NCBI GenBank assembly: GCA_016186905.1
Contig: JACPKS010000008.1
Location: forward strand, 25-64,024
Reading direction: 5' to 3'
DNA from: Deltaproteobacteria bacterium
Lineage (GTDB): Bacteria; Bdellovibrionota; UBA1018; UBA923
Length of the DNA stretch: 64,000 nt
Shown here: positions 27,725 to 40,733 of the stretch, piece by piece
Numbering within the stretch: the stretch's first letter is position 1
Layout: each line of letters starts with the position of its first letter
The notes under the pieces: generated by a model
Seen by the model: the letters and a program-made list of their open reading frames with translations, nothing else
What the model was told of the DNA's origin: nothing
Database searches by the model: none
Translations under genes and position numbers: made by a program

Positions 27725-28755
27725 CCCGGCCCGGCGCCGTTTTCGATTTTCTTGGCGATGCCCGTGACCCAGCCGATCTTGACCTTAGCCTCGAACTTGA
27801 GCGGAAAGTGGCGGGCGTCGTCCGAGAACCATATGAACGAATCGCCTTTCTGCTGCAAAACGCCTCTGAATTTCGTTTGAACCCTGGCCTTGATCGCAGG
27901 CAGCTTTCCCATCGGCGTGCTGAGCTCCTCGCGTCCCAGTACGACCACCTCCGTTTCCCAAACCGTGCCGTTCGTCGTCATCGGAAAACGGATCGTGGTC
28001 CCGGGCTCCAACTTTTGCGTCCGCGCGAAATAAAGCGCGCTGATCGAATCCTGCGCGAGCGGCGTCAGCTCCTTGTAGCCTTTTTCCTCGCTCACCTCGC
28101 CCGTCTTCAGTTTTTGATTCATCGTATGGACGTACTGCCGTTTCGCGTGATGATCGAAGAGCTCCAGGTATTTGCGGATGTAGCGGCTCTCGTTTCCGGT
28201 GAGCGTGAACTTGTACGGAAACCAGCCTTCGTAATCGACGAAGCTTTCGATAATGTCTTCGGCCTTGTATACGAACGCGAAGAAATCGGCCGTCCGGGCC
28301 GTTCCTCGAAGGTTGTAGACCTTGCGATGATTGATCTCCTTGAACGGCAGCACTTCAAGCGTGAATTCGCCGGCGCGGGTTTTGAGCCAGGTCACGTCCA
28401 TGACGATTTTCTCGCCGATCCAGACGGGATCGGGATGAGGGCGGCGATTCGGAATGACGAATCCGCCCGGTTGAGCTCTCGCGGCCTCGACTGGCTTGGC
28501 GGCGGGCTTTTCCTTATCCTTCTTCGCGACGTTTTTCGTGATCGCCATTTTTTTGTTTGCCTCTGCCGGAACCGTTACCTCCTGCTCAGGAACCGCCGGT
28601 CCAGGCATCCCGCTGTATTCGTGCACTTCAAATGTTTTTTCGAGCTCCTGCGGAATGACGACGTCACCAGGCTTCGTATTCAGGAATTTCTTTCCGCCGC
28701 AGCTCGCTGGAATCAAAGCCGCCAAGAGCAGGATCAGAGCTTTTGGAGGAATCAT
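27721..28755 (-). CDS. DUF3108-family periplasmic/lipoprotein
   Basis: Signal peptide plus lipobox-like ASCGG. DUF3108-like beta-rich core (GEKIVMDVTWLKTRAGEFTLEV...). Confidence 0.65.
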   Translation of the reverse strand: MIPPKALILLLAALIPASCGGKKFLNTKPGDVVIPQELEKTFEVHEYSGMPGPAVPEQEVTVPAEANKKMAITKNVAKKDKEKPAAKPVEAARAQPGGFVIPNRRPHPDPVWIGEKIVMDVTWLKTRAGEFTLEVLPFKEINHRKVYNLRGTARTADFFAFVYKAEDIIESFVDYEGWFPYKFTLTGNESRYIRKYLELFDHHAKRQYVHTMNQKLKTGEVSEEKGYKELTPLAQDSISALYFARTQKLEPGTTIRFPMTTNGTVWETEVVVLGREELSTPMGKLPAIKARVQTKFRGVLQQKGDSFIWFSDDARHFPLKFEAKVKIGWVTGIAKKIENGAGPG

Positions 28756-28765
28756 CTTGAAAAGT

Positions 28766-29713
28766 TTATGCTAAGTCCCGGGGCCACACAACATTCTTGA
28801 AACGGCGGTGAGTCCAGAGCCACTGCTCCGGGTTCTCGCGCACCCACGCTTCGACCTTCCGCGCGAGAAGCTCGGTGGTCCTTTGGACGTCGGCCTTCCG
28901 CGAGCCGCTTTGCCCCGCATCGCCTTGTTCGGCATGCCGGAGAAAATTTCCCACCTCAAGCTCCGGCTCGATCCGCACGTGGATTATGCCGTGCGCATCA
29001 CGCCGGACAAACGCAGGGACGACCGTCGTGCCCGTGCGGTTGATGAGCGTTCCGACCGCGGCGAGCGTGCCCACCTCCACGCCGAAAAATTTCACTGGAA
29101 TTCCGATCGGCGGGCCGGCGTACTGATCCATCATGAAACCAACCGCTTTTCCGGCCCGAAGCGCGCGCAGCACCGCCGGCAAAGTGCGCGGCTCGTAGAT
29201 GGGCTCGATGCCGGTCGACACGCGCGCGCGCTCGGCAAGGCGGTGGAGCCATTCCGGCTTAAGATGCTTGGTCACCATCGTGACGGGAATTCCATTAAGC
29301 GCGCCCACCGCGACCATGAGTTCCCAATTTCCAAGATGAGAGGCGATAAAAACCGCGCCTCGGCCTTTCGCGCGCGCGCGCTCCCAATGTTCAAGCCCTT
29401 CGATGCGGGCATTGCGCTCGACGTAGCCGCGGTAATGACCCGGGAACGGCGAAAAAAGATGCAGGAGCTCGAGCATCAGAATTCCGAAATGCTCGTAATT
29501 TTTTTTAAGGAGCCGCTCGCAAGCCTTTTGATCGAGTTCCGGAAAGCACCGGCGGACATTGTCGCGCGAAACCGCCCGGCGGTAACCGACGGCATGAATA
29601 AGCCGTCCCAAAGCGCGGCCGGCAGCAAGCTCGACTCTTCGGGGAAGAAACATAACCGTGAAGCCGGCGCCCAAAACCGGAACACGAAGAAGGGCGGAAG
29701 CCAGAAAATTCAT
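28766..29713 (-). CDS. lpxL: lipid A biosynthesis late acyltransferase (LpxL/HtrB family)
   Basis: Start taken at MNFLASALL (29713), which abuts the lpxK stop. LpxL-type N-terminal TM segment plus HX4D-like acyltransferase core. Confidence 0.75.
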   Translation of the reverse strand: MNFLASALLRVPVLGAGFTVMFLPRRVELAAGRALGRLIHAVGYRRAVSRDNVRRCFPELDQKACERLLKKNYEHFGILMLELLHLFSPFPGHYRGYVERNARIEGLEHWERARAKGRGAVFIASHLGNWELMVAVGALNGIPVTMVTKHLKPEWLHRLAERARVSTGIEPIYEPRTLPAVLRALRAGKAVGFMMDQYAGPPIGIPVKFFGVEVGTLAAVGTLINRTGTTVVPAFVRRDAHGIIHVRIEPELEVGNFLRHAEQGDAGQSGSRKADVQRTTELLARKVEAWVRENPEQWLWTHRRFKNVVWPRDLA

Positions 29714-30645
29714 GGAACCACCGTCGCGTCCACGGCTTTCCACAAGAGATCTTCGTTTTCCAGAAACTCGAGCCCGATCTCGACCGCCATCGGCTCGAAA
29801 CCCGCGACGCCGCCCTGGCTTTCGAGAAGCGGCCAAAGCTTCACGTAGTCTTTAAGCGTCGTCAGCAGCGGCAGGCGATCGCCGTTGCGCCTTCGCCATT
29901 CGAGAAGCTTTCGCGCGTCGGATGCCGCGTATTCGCAGTGATCGCGAAAAAAACGCGCGCCCTGCACGTTCACGCCGGCGTTCACGAGCAACTTGGTGAA
30001 CCGCGATGGATTTCCGATGCCGCAAAAGACCATGGCTTCCGACGGGAGTTTTCCGTGGATATGGTACCGCGCGCGCACCCAGGGAATCTTCCTCCACATC
30101 CGCGGCACCTCCGAAAGCGCCACGCGCACCCCGACTCTCGAAAAATACGAGGGCATGTCCCTCAAAAGCGGCCATTTCACGCTGAAATCGTGCACGAGGA
30201 TGTCGAGGTCGCGGCGGATCCGAAAATGCTGAAAACCGTCGTCGAGAATCACGACGTCGGGCCTGAGCTCTTCCCAGTGTTTCTTCAGCACCGCTACGCG
30301 GTCGGCGCCCACACTCACCGCGGCTCCCCGCGCTTTTTTGAGGATCACCATCGCTTCGTCGGGAAATTTCAGCGCGCGAGCGGTCTCGAGATCGGCCGCC
30401 ACCCCGCCGCCGCGCGACCACGCCGAGCCGTAACCGCGGCTCGCGACGGCGACGCGCTTTCCCTTCGCCACGAGCCGCGCCGCGATCGCCGCGGATATCT
30501 CGGTCTTGCCCACGCCGCCGGCGACGATGTTTCCCACCGAAATCACCGGGGCCGGCAGCTTCACCGCGCGCGCCGAAAGCAGCTTGCGCGCGGCCCAGTT
30601 GGTGATCGCCCAAACCGGGCTCAAGCTTGAGTAGACGGAGCTCAT
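29710..30645 (-). CDS. lpxK: tetraacyldisaccharide 4'-kinase
   Basis: P-loop (ISVGNIVAGGVGKTE) at the N-terminus; 311 aa. Confidence 0.88.
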   Translation of the reverse strand: MSSVYSSLSPVWAITNWAARKLLSARAVKLPAPVISVGNIVAGGVGKTEISAAIAARLVAKGKRVAVASRGYGSAWSRGGGVAADLETARALKFPDEAMVILKKARGAAVSVGADRVAVLKKHWEELRPDVVILDDGFQHFRIRRDLDILVHDFSVKWPLLRDMPSYFSRVGVRVALSEVPRMWRKIPWVRARYHIHGKLPSEAMVFCGIGNPSRFTKLLVNAGVNVQGARFFRDHCEYAASDARKLLEWRRRNGDRLPLLTTLKDYVKLWPLLESQGGVAGFEPMAVEIGLEFLENEDLLWKAVDATVVP

Positions 30646-31937
30646 GCCAGCCGCTCCTTGCGCGAATCCCCGCTCTTGGATGTGAAGACCCCGTACGCCG
30701 CGGCGGCGGCGCAGCGAATCGGCGAAATTCCCGCGCCCTCCGGAGGCGAGAGCATCGCGCGCGCGCGCGCAAGCGCGCTGAGCATGCTTGCGCGCTCGGG
30801 GCCGTCTTGATAGATTTTAAGAAATTCCCGCGCGATGATTTCGGGGGTGCCCTTTTCGAGGATCAGCTCAGGCACCGGAGGTTCCGGCCTCTTCTCGCAG
30901 GGCTTCAGCCACCCGAGCGCCGCTTCGGGCGGCTGCACGAGAAAGAGGTTCGCCATCCCGATGAACCCGCGATAGCCCGTGACGTGTTTGAAAAGCCACT
31001 GCGAGGTCCGCGAGGATTTGTAAGTGAGCACCATCGGCGTTCCCAGAACGGCGGCCTCAAGGGTGGAGGTGCCCGACTTCACGATCGCCGCGCGCGCGGC
31101 CTTGAGACAAAGATGGCTCACGGAGATTTTTCGGCGCTCTTCGGCTAAAAAATGCAGGCTCACCGCGGGCAAACGCGACGCGAAAGCCTGTTTGAGCGCG
31201 TCGGCATCGAGGGCGGGCGCGACCGGCACGAGCACTTGCGGGCAACGCTCGCCGGGCGACGCGTTTTGCAAGGCCTGAAAAAACCGCTTCAGCGACTCCG
31301 AAAACAATTCGACGTGATGACGAATCTCGGAATGGCGGCTTCCGGGAAACACCGTGATCACTGGATCGGCGCCGTCCAAACCCAGCTCGCGGCGCGCCTG
31401 ATCCGCGGAAAGATCGAGCGGAACCTCGTCGATCAGGGGATTTCCGACGTAGCGGAACGGAACCTCCCAGTCGCGATACATCGGTTCCTCGAACGGAAGG
31501 ATGCTCAAAACCAGATTCACGTGCCGCGCGATCTGCTCGATGCGCCGGTGGCGCCATACCCAAACCTTGGGCGGGATGAAGTACACGACCGGCACGCCGA
31601 AAAAATGCAGCAGCGACGCCAGCCGCAGATTGATCTCTCCGTTGTCGACGAGAATCGCCCCGCCGGGCTTGCGCCTGAACAGGCGCTCTTCGAGCAGCTT
31701 CTCGAGCTTTCTTCTTTTGGGAAGCCTGCCGATGACTTCAAGCGGCCCGCCCATCACCGAGAACTCGCGATTGTGCATGAGGAGCTCGGCGCCTTCGCGC
31801 GCGAGATGGTCGCCGCCGAGGCCGAAAAAACGGGATTCAACTCCGGAATTCGACCGCAGGCGCTCTTTCAGCTCGCGCACGAGGCGGGCGCAGTGGATGT
31901 CTGAGCTGGCCTCCCCGGCTGATACGAAAATTTCCAC
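30642..31937 (-). CDS. lpxB: lipid-A-disaccharide synthase
   Basis: MEIFVSAGEASSD... N-terminus and GT19-family features. Confidence 0.88.
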   Translation of the reverse strand: MEIFVSAGEASSDIHCARLVRELKERLRSNSGVESRFFGLGGDHLAREGAELLMHNREFSVMGGPLEVIGRLPKRRKLEKLLEERLFRRKPGGAILVDNGEINLRLASLLHFFGVPVVYFIPPKVWVWRHRRIEQIARHVNLVLSILPFEEPMYRDWEVPFRYVGNPLIDEVPLDLSADQARRELGLDGADPVITVFPGSRHSEIRHHVELFSESLKRFFQALQNASPGERCPQVLVPVAPALDADALKQAFASRLPAVSLHFLAEERRKISVSHLCLKAARAAIVKSGTSTLEAAVLGTPMVLTYKSSRTSQWLFKHVTGYRGFIGMANLFLVQPPEAALGWLKPCEKRPEPPVPELILEKGTPEIIAREFLKIYQDGPERASMLSALARARAMLSPPEGAGISPIRCAAAAAYGVFTSKSGDSRKERLA

Positions 31938-31963
31938 GTCGCACGCTCCGCCGCTGGCCGACG

Positions 31964-32770
31964 TCAGCGGTAGATTCCCTTCTGAGTTCCGCGTATGAAC
32001 TCGACGAAGCGCTGGACCTCGGGCACGTGACCGACCGTCTGCTCGATCTTCTGAAGAGTCGCTTCTTTCTCCATGCTTTTGTCTTTGAAGAACATCTTGC
32101 TGACTTCCTGCAGGGCCGAAATCGCCGTATCGCTGAACCCGCGCCGCTTAAGACCGACGAGGTTGATCCCCCAGACCTCGTAATCCTGGCTGATTCCACG
32201 GCCGAGGGTAAAGCGCGGCACGTCGCGGTCAAGCCCGCTTGCCCCGCCGATGTACGCGTGCGTGCCGACCCGGATGTACTGCCCGATGGCCGACAGCCCG
32301 CCGACCGTGGCGTAGTCTTCGATCAGAACGTGGCCGGCGACCTGGCAGGAGTTGCCGAGAATCGTGTGACTGCCGATCACCACGTCGTGCGCGATGTGGA
32401 CATAGGCCATGAGGAGGTTATGGTCGCCGATCCGCGTGACTCCGCCGCCGCCGGCCGTGCCGATGTTCAGCGTCACGCATTCGCGGAACGTGTTGTGATC
32501 GCCGATCACGAGCTTCGTGTCTTCGCCCTGGTATTTGAGATCCTGGGGAACCGCGCCGATCACGCTGAACGGAAAAAAGACATTGCCCTTTCCAATGGTG
32601 GTATTCCCCTGCATGGCCACGTGGCTCATCAGGCGGTTGTCGGGTCCGAGCTTTACTCCACCATCGATCACGCAGAAGGGGCCGATCTCGCAGCTGGCGT
32701 GGATCTGCGCCTCGGAGCTTATGAGCGCCGTCGGATGGATCTTCGGTTTTTTCGAAGTGTCTTGTTTCAT
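31964..32770 (-). CDS. lpxA: UDP-N-acetylglucosamine O-acyltransferase
   Basis: Hexapeptide-repeat left-handed beta-helix plus the C-terminal helical domain. Start taken at MKQDTSKK, internal to the 298-aa ORF. Confidence 0.88.
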   Translation of the reverse strand: MKQDTSKKPKIHPTALISSEAQIHASCEIGPFCVIDGGVKLGPDNRLMSHVAMQGNTTIGKGNVFFPFSVIGAVPQDLKYQGEDTKLVIGDHNTFRECVTLNIGTAGGGGVTRIGDHNLLMAYVHIAHDVVIGSHTILGNSCQVAGHVLIEDYATVGGLSAIGQYIRVGTHAYIGGASGLDRDVPRFTLGRGISQDYEVWGINLVGLKRRGFSDTAISALQEVSKMFFKDKSMEKEATLQKIEQTVGHVPEVQRFVEFIRGTQKGIYR

Positions 32771-32781
32771 AGTCTGCCCCC

Positions 32782-33306
32782 CTACCAATACAGCTGCGCG
32801 AGAAAACTCCCCTCGGCGGCGGGCTTGCCGTCGACGGTGACTTCCCCGGAAAAACTCCACAGGTTCTTGCGGTAATTCGTAAGCTCGACGCGAATCCGCA
32901 GCTGGTCGCCCGGGCTGATGGGTTTGCGGAATCGCACGCCGTCGAATCCGGCGAGCGCGACGTTGAATTTCTTGAGCTGGCCGCCGTTCACCGCGGCCAC
33001 GAACGGCACCGCCGTGAACATCGCCGACTGCGTCATCGCCTCCAGTGTCAGCACGCCGGGAAACACCGGCAGGCCGGGGAAATGCCCCTGAAACTGAGCC
33101 TCGTTGAACGTGATGTTCTTGATCGTCCGCGCATAGCTTCCCTTGCGGGCTTCGCTGAGCTCGGCTTCGCTCATCCCGATCCGAAGCGGTTTGGCCGGCT
33201 TGATCTCCAAAACGCGATCGACCATGAGAAACGGATAACGGTGCGGCAGCACCTCGAGAATTTCGTTCGGCCCGAGTTCATTTGCTTCAATCCAGTTCAT
33301 GGTCAC
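32782..33306 (-). CDS. fabZ: 3-hydroxyacyl-ACP dehydratase
   Basis: Hotdog-fold motifs ([13 protein letters not shown]...HFPG.PVFPGVL). Confidence 0.9.
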   Translation of the reverse strand: MTMNWIEANELGPNEILEVLPHRYPFLMVDRVLEIKPAKPLRIGMSEAELSEARKGSYARTIKNITFNEAQFQGHFPGLPVFPGVLTLEAMTQSAMFTAVPFVAAVNGGQLKKFNVALAGFDGVRFRKPISPGDQLRIRVELTNYRKNLWSFSGEVTVDGKPAAEGSFLAQLYW

Positions 33307-34370
33307 TTCCGCATCCCCTCCAGTTTTTTCACTCGCTCCAAAAGATCGCCCACGCGTTCAAGTGTGGCGAGGAAGCGCCACCACTCGCGCCTGGGGCGCG
33401 CTAGGAGCGAACCCATGACGATGTCGCCGGGCGCGACGTCTTTTGCGACTCCGCTCATCGCGCCGACGGTCGCGCCGTCGCCGATCTCGATCTTGTCTCC
33501 CACGCCGACCTTGCCGGCCAGAACCGCCCCGCGCCCGACCGTCACGTTTCCCGCGAGGCCGGTTTGCGCGCAGAGGATCGCGTGAGACTTGATGTAACCA
33601 TTATGTCCGATCTGCACGAGATTATCGATCTTAACACCGCGCTCGATCACGGTATCTTTCAGGGTGCCCCGGTCCACGGTCGTTCCAGGGCCGATCTCGA
33701 CGTCGTCGTGAATGACAACCGCGCCCAGGTGCCATATCTTGGCCGCGCCGGCAGGGCCGCGGGCATATCCAAAGCCGTCCCCGCCGATCACCACGTTCGC
33801 GTGCAGCCGCACGCGGTTACCGACACGGGTCCGCGGATACAAAACGGCTCCCGAAAATATCACGCAGTCCTCGCCGACCGCGACGTGAGGACCGATCACG
33901 GCGTTCGGCAGCAACGTCGTGCGCGCTCCGATCGCGGCACCCTCGCAGACAACCGCGCCCGGCCCGACCTTCGCCGTCGGATCGACTTTCGCGGTCGGAT
34001 GCACATTCTCCGCTACGGCGCCTGCCTGGGAAAACCGCCAGTCCGCGAGCGGATCTCGCCTGGCGATGACTTCACTTAAGCGCGCAAGCCCGAGGTAGGC
34101 GTCTTCGCAGCCAAGGCAAAGGCCCACCTGGCCCGGCAAGAGCGGCAGCACTTTTTCGGCCAACGCCTTCTGCACGACCACGACGCGCGCGCGCGTGCCC
34201 GCGACGTCGCCGACGAATCCTTCGCCGATCACGAACGCGACGGCATTTTCGCTCGCGTCGCGGGGCTCGGCAAGCTCGAGCACCTCGACGCCCGCCTCAT
34301 CCCCTCTAAGAGCCGTCCCGCCGACGGCTTCGCGGATCTGCGCGCCCGTGAGGGCCGGGATTTTAACCAT
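33303..34370 (-). CDS. lpxD: UDP-3-O-(3-hydroxyacyl)glucosamine N-acyltransferase
   Basis: N-terminal LpxD domain plus hexapeptide repeats; 355 aa. Confidence 0.88.
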   Translation of the reverse strand: MVKIPALTGAQIREAVGGTALRGDEAGVEVLELAEPRDASENAVAFVIGEGFVGDVAGTRARVVVVQKALAEKVLPLLPGQVGLCLGCEDAYLGLARLSEVIARRDPLADWRFSQAGAVAENVHPTAKVDPTAKVGPGAVVCEGAAIGARTTLLPNAVIGPHVAVGEDCVIFSGAVLYPRTRVGNRVRLHANVVIGGDGFGYARGPAGAAKIWHLGAVVIHDDVEIGPGTTVDRGTLKDTVIERGVKIDNLVQIGHNGYIKSHAILCAQTGLAGNVTVGRGAVLAGKVGVGDKIEIGDGATVGAMSGVAKDVAPGDIVMGSLLARPRREWWRFLATLERVGDLLERVKKLEGMRK

Positions 34371-34908
34371 GGTGCTTTTTATTGAACGCCTTGATCACTT
34401 CCTCGGTGAGGTCATCCTTCGACGCGAAAAAGAGGATGTTGTTCTCGTTTTTCTCGAGAATCATGGTGTAGTTCTTGGCATTGCCGATCTCCTCGACGAT
34501 GCCCTTGAGCTTTTGGATGATCGGTTCCGTAAGCTCGCGCTCGCGGCTCTGGATGTCGAACTGCGATTTGCCGAAGAGCTCTCGATACTTCATGAGCCGT
34601 TCCTGGATTTCGTTCTGCTTGCGCGACTTCGCCTCGTCGCTCAGCGCCAGCGACTGCTTCTTGAAGTCCTCGGTCATCTTTTTGATGCTGTCCTCTTCCG
34701 CCTGAAGCTGCTTTTTCTTCTCGTTGAATTCTTTTTCAAGCGAGGCTTTCGCCTTTTTGCCGCTATCGACCGACTGCAACGCTTTCTGAAGGTCGACCAC
34801 GGCGATCTTGAAAGCGGCTATGCCGCTTGTTTCGGTCGCAAGCGCGCCTGCCGCATTCAGCGCGAGAACCATGAAGGAAGCGGTGAAAAAGCCAATGACA
34901 TTGCGCAT
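34363..34908 (-). CDS. skp: periplasmic chaperone Skp/OmpH
   Basis: Signal peptide followed by a K/E/Q-rich coiled coil ([10 protein letters not shown]...). 181 aa. Confidence 0.85.
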   Translation of the reverse strand: MRNVIGFFTASFMVLALNAAGALATETSGIAAFKIAVVDLQKALQSVDSGKKAKASLEKEFNEKKKQLQAEEDSIKKMTEDFKKQSLALSDEAKSRKQNEIQERLMKYRELFGKSQFDIQSRERELTEPIIQKLKGIVEEIGNAKNYTMILEKNENNILFFASKDDLTEEVIKAFNKKHHG

Positions 34909-34944
34909 ATTTTTCTCCCTTTGCGTTTTTTTGAAGACACTAAT

Positions 34945-37257
<2,313 letters not shown>

Positions 37258-37363
37258 CCTGGCCTTTCCATCTCTGGTGAAAAATCTTCAGCAGTTTCGG
37301 TAGGGTATATTTTTGGGGATGGCTCTAGTCAACTCGGAAAGTCGGGTTTAGCGGCAGGGCTTC

Positions 37364-37380
37364 AGCGCATTGAATGCGCT
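37364..37380. promoter_or_regulatory. perfect palindrome AGCGCATT-g-AATGCGCT in the divergent bamA / AAA-ATPase intergenic region
   Basis: Read directly, ~105 bp upstream of the bamA start. A GGGTATAAT -10 for the plus-strand gene lies nearby at ~37500. Confidence 0.4.
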
Positions 37381-37521
37381 AGAAAGCGTCGCAAATCTCG
37401 CGGCCTCAAGACAACCGCGTTCTTTGCGTTCCTTGGGATCAGCGCCCCCATGAGTTCTCGGTCACGAGTTTTCTGACCAATATACCCACAACTCCATTTT
37501 AGTCGTTACTTTTATGGAATA

Positions 37522-38694
37522 GTGGGTATAATGGTCAACATGCGGTATTTCGACGAACCCCTGCTTCGCGATCTGAAAGATCGGATGATTATTCTCTCGG
37601 GCCCACGCCAGTGCGGGAAGACAACCTTCGCCAAATGGCTCCTGAAAGAAAAGCGGTCGGGAGAGTACCTGAGCTGGGACCAACTCAAAGACCGAAAAAA
37701 AATTCAACGCCAGGAATGGAGCGAGGATTCGAATCTCCTCGTCTTCGATGAAATTCACAAAAAGAAAAACTGGAAAACTTTTCTCAAGGGAATTTACGAC
37801 ACGAAGCCCGATTCAATGCACTTGCTCGTCACGGGAAGCGCGCGTCTGGAGTTCTTTCAAAAGTCGGGTGATTCCATGTTCGGTCGCTATCAAGCGTGGC
37901 GCATGCACCCCTTTTGCATGGCCGAAGACCCTCTCGGTCTTTCACTCAAAGAGCGGTGGAACCGGCTTCTTACGCATGGAAATTTCCCCTTCCCTTATCT
38001 CTCGAAAAGCGAAGATGAAATCAATCGATGGAGAAATCAACGCTGGTCCCTGCTGATCCAAGAGGATCTGAGAGACCTTGAATTGATAAAAGACCTGAAA
38101 GCGCTCGAGCTTCTCGCGGAAATTCTCAAAAACTACGCGGCGGGAATGCTCTCTTATTCAAATTTGGCCGAAGATGTGGAAATCTCCCCGAAAACCGCCA
38201 AAAAATGGGTGCATGCTCTCGAAAAGCTTTATCTCATTCATCTTTTGACCCCGTTTTCTGGATCCTTGAAAAGAACTCTGTCGAAAACCCCTAAAGTTTA
38301 TTTCATGGATTCAGGAGACCTCCAGGAGCAGCCGATCGGTGTTCGGGTTGAGAACCTTGTGATGCTGAATCTGCTGAAACGCCTCCACTATCTGGAAGAC
38401 GCCCATGGCGACCGGCTCACGCTCCACTACGTTCGGGACAAGGAGGGCCGAGAGGCGGACTTCCTGATCGCCCTCAAACGGAACCCCCTTGCCCTGATCG
38501 AAGCCAAAACAAGCTTTCAGGGCCCGGATCACTCGCTTCTCTATTTTAAGGAACGGCTCAAGGTTCCTTTCGCCATCCAACTCCACGTCGAATCCGACAA
38601 AAAACCCATCGTCAGATCAGGAGTCAAGATTGTCTCGGCGCAGGATTTCTTTTCGGCTCCCATTTCGACGAGGCGATTTTGGGAGAACCGGTAA
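37522..38694 (+). CDS. AAA+ ATPase (AAA_14 + DUF4143 architecture, COG1373-like)
   Basis: Walker A (SGPRQCGKTT) and Walker B (LLVFDEIH); the C-terminal region resembles DUF4143. Confidence 0.8.
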   Translation: MGIMVNMRYFDEPLLRDLKDRMIILSGPRQCGKTTFAKWLLKEKRSGEYLSWDQLKDRKKIQRQEWSEDSNLLVFDEIHKKKNWKTFLKGIYDTKPDSMHLLVTGSARLEFFQKSGDSMFGRYQAWRMHPFCMAEDPLGLSLKERWNRLLTHGNFPFPYLSKSEDEINRWRNQRWSLLIQEDLRDLELIKDLKALELLAEILKNYAAGMLSYSNLAEDVEISPKTAKKWVHALEKLYLIHLLTPFSGSLKRTLSKTPKVYFMDSGDLQEQPIGVRVENLVMLNLLKRLHYLEDAHGDRLTLHYVRDKEGREADFLIALKRNPLALIEAKTSFQGPDHSLLYFKERLKVPFAIQLHVESDKKPIVRSGVKIVSAQDFFSAPISTRRFWENR

Positions 38695-38712
38695 GATCGC
38701 GGGCCGCCACTC

Positions 38713-39423
38713 TCAGTGGTGGATGATCTGCCCGTCGCGGATTTCAACGGTACGCGACATTTTTTTCGCGATATCGTGGTCGTGCGTGACCACGACGAGC
38801 GAGACGCCGTGCCGGCGGTTCAATTCAAGCAATAGTGAAATCAGACTGTCGCTGTTGGCGCTGTCGAGATTGCCGGTCAGCTCATCGCCGAAAAGAATGT
38901 CGGGCCTCATGAAAAGCGCGCGCGCCACGGCGGCTCGCTGGCACTCGCCGCCCGAAAGCTCGGAGGGCTTGTGATTCAGCCGATGCGAAAGCCCCACTTC
39001 GCCAAGCAGGCGCTCGGCCTCAGGAAGCATGTCGCGCTCTTGGCGGCCCGCGATCAAACCCGGCATCAGCACGTTTTCTAGCGCCGTGAACTCGGGCAAA
39101 AGGTGGTGGAACTGAAATACGAAGCCCATGTGCCGGTTGCGAAAAACGGCGCGCTCTTCTTCGGAAATCGAGAATACCTCGCGCGCGCCATCGCCGCCGT
39201 GAAATACGACTTTTCCGCCGGTCGGTTCATCGAGTGTGCCGAGAATATGCAGAAGCGTGCTCTTCCCCGCGCCCGACGCGCCGACAATCGCGACGCTTTC
39301 GCCGCGCGCGACGCTCAAGTCGATCTTTTTCAGCACCGGGATCTCGAGCTTTCCCTTGCGAAACGCCTTCTGCACGCCGCGCGCTTCAAGAATCGTGTTT
39401 TTCCTCACGCGATCCTCACTCAT
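38713..39423 (-). CDS. lolD: lipoprotein-releasing system ATP-binding protein
   Basis: ABC ATPase with Walker A (GASGAGKST), signature (LSGGECQR) and Walker B. Overlaps lolC/E. Confidence 0.88.
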   Translation of the reverse strand: MSEDRVRKNTILEARGVQKAFRKGKLEIPVLKKIDLSVARGESVAIVGASGAGKSTLLHILGTLDEPTGGKVVFHGGDGAREVFSISEEERAVFRNRHMGFVFQFHHLLPEFTALENVLMPGLIAGRQERDMLPEAERLLGEVGLSHRLNHKPSELSGGECQRAAVARALFMRPDILFGDELTGNLDSANSDSLISLLLELNRRHGVSLVVVTHDHDIAKKMSRTVEIRDGQIIHH

Positions 39424-40726
39424 GATGCAACCCTTCGACGGGACGTTGCCGGCTCACACGTATACTCGGCCACAACGTCGAGAAAGCCGCAAGCACGATC
39501 ACCATCGCGCAGATCAGCGCCCACTCCGAGATTCGAATCTCAACGGGCAGGCGGGAAAGCCCGTAAACGTCGGCGGGAAGGTCGATGATCGACTTCCACG
39601 AAAGCAGCGCGCAGAGCGCGCGCCCGAGCCCAAGCCCCAGCACGACCCCAAGAACCGTCATTCCCATCCCCACGATCAGGAACACCGAAAGCGTTTGCCG
39701 CGCGCGAAAACCCAGCGCCTTGAGCATCGCGATCTGACGTTTTTTATCATGGACGAGCATCATGAGCGTACTGATGATGTTGAAACTCGCCACGAGCACG
39801 ATCGCCATGAGGATGATGCTGATCACGACCTTCTCGAGCTCGATGGCGTAGAAAAGATTGCGATTGAGACTCGACCAGTCCCGCGCGCGCATCGGGTAGG
39901 CATAGCGCTCGTTCATCGCGTTCGCCGTCGCGATGCTTTTGCGCGCGTCTTTCGTGAGAATTTTGAACGCGTTCGCGCGCCCCGAAAGATCGAGCGCCTT
40001 TTGCAGGTCTCCGATCTCGGCCAGCGCGTACTTGACGTCATAGTCGTACATTCCGAGCCGAACGATCCCGACGACTTTCAGGCGCCGCACGAGCGGGGTC
40101 GCATTGACGCTTCCCTCGCGCTCGGATGACGGAGAGTCCGCCTCTTGCCTGCTTTCTTTTTTGGCCGCTTGGCGGCCGCTGGAGCTTTTCCCCGCGAAGG
40201 GAATCGTCAAGACGACCGTGTCTCCGACCGACGCCTTGAGCTTTCGCGCGACTTCAAAACCCAATGCGACTTCGACGTCGCCGCCGTGCGGTTCGGGCAG
40301 GCGGCCCGCGACGACCTTGCGGGCGATCTGACTTACCGAATCGAGCGTGGGCCGGTGCACCCCCTCGATGACCGCGCCGGCAACGCCTTTAGCCGAGCTC
40401 AGCATCGCCTCGACGTACAGATACGGCGAGACCGCCGTGACGTCGGGAAAATTTTTCGGAATCTCGCCGAGGAATTTTTCAGGATCGGCCAGCGGCTCGG
40501 CGCGCGAAAAGAGCAGGATGTGCCCGTGAAACGCCGTGAGCGCTGATTTCATCTCGCGTTCAAAACCGTTCATCACGCTGGTCACGACGAGCAGCGCGGT
40601 CACGCCGAGCGCCAGCCCCGTCACCGAGATCGCCGAGATGAACGAAACAAAGCCGCTCGCGATCGGATCCTCGTCATCCTTGCGGTCAAAGACGAACCGA
40701 GAAGCGATTTTCGAGACGATGTTCAT
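39416..40726 (-). CDS. lipoprotein-releasing system permease, LolC/LolE family (FtsX-like)
   Basis: 4-TM FtsX-type permease with a large periplasmic loop; 436 aa. Confidence 0.88.
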   Translation of the reverse strand: MNIVSKIASRFVFDRKDDEDPIASGFVSFISAISVTGLALGVTALLVVTSVMNGFEREMKSALTAFHGHILLFSRAEPLADPEKFLGEIPKNFPDVTAVSPYLYVEAMLSSAKGVAGAVIEGVHRPTLDSVSQIARKVVAGRLPEPHGGDVEVALGFEVARKLKASVGDTVVLTIPFAGKSSSGRQAAKKESRQEADSPSSEREGSVNATPLVRRLKVVGIVRLGMYDYDVKYALAEIGDLQKALDLSGRANAFKILTKDARKSIATANAMNERYAYPMRARDWSSLNRNLFYAIELEKVVISIILMAIVLVASFNIISTLMMLVHDKKRQIAMLKALGFRARQTLSVFLIVGMGMTVLGVVLGLGLGRALCALLSWKSIIDLPADVYGLSRLPVEIRISEWALICAMVIVLAAFSTLWPSIRVSRQRPVEGLHHE

Positions 40727-40733
40727 CGGAGAA

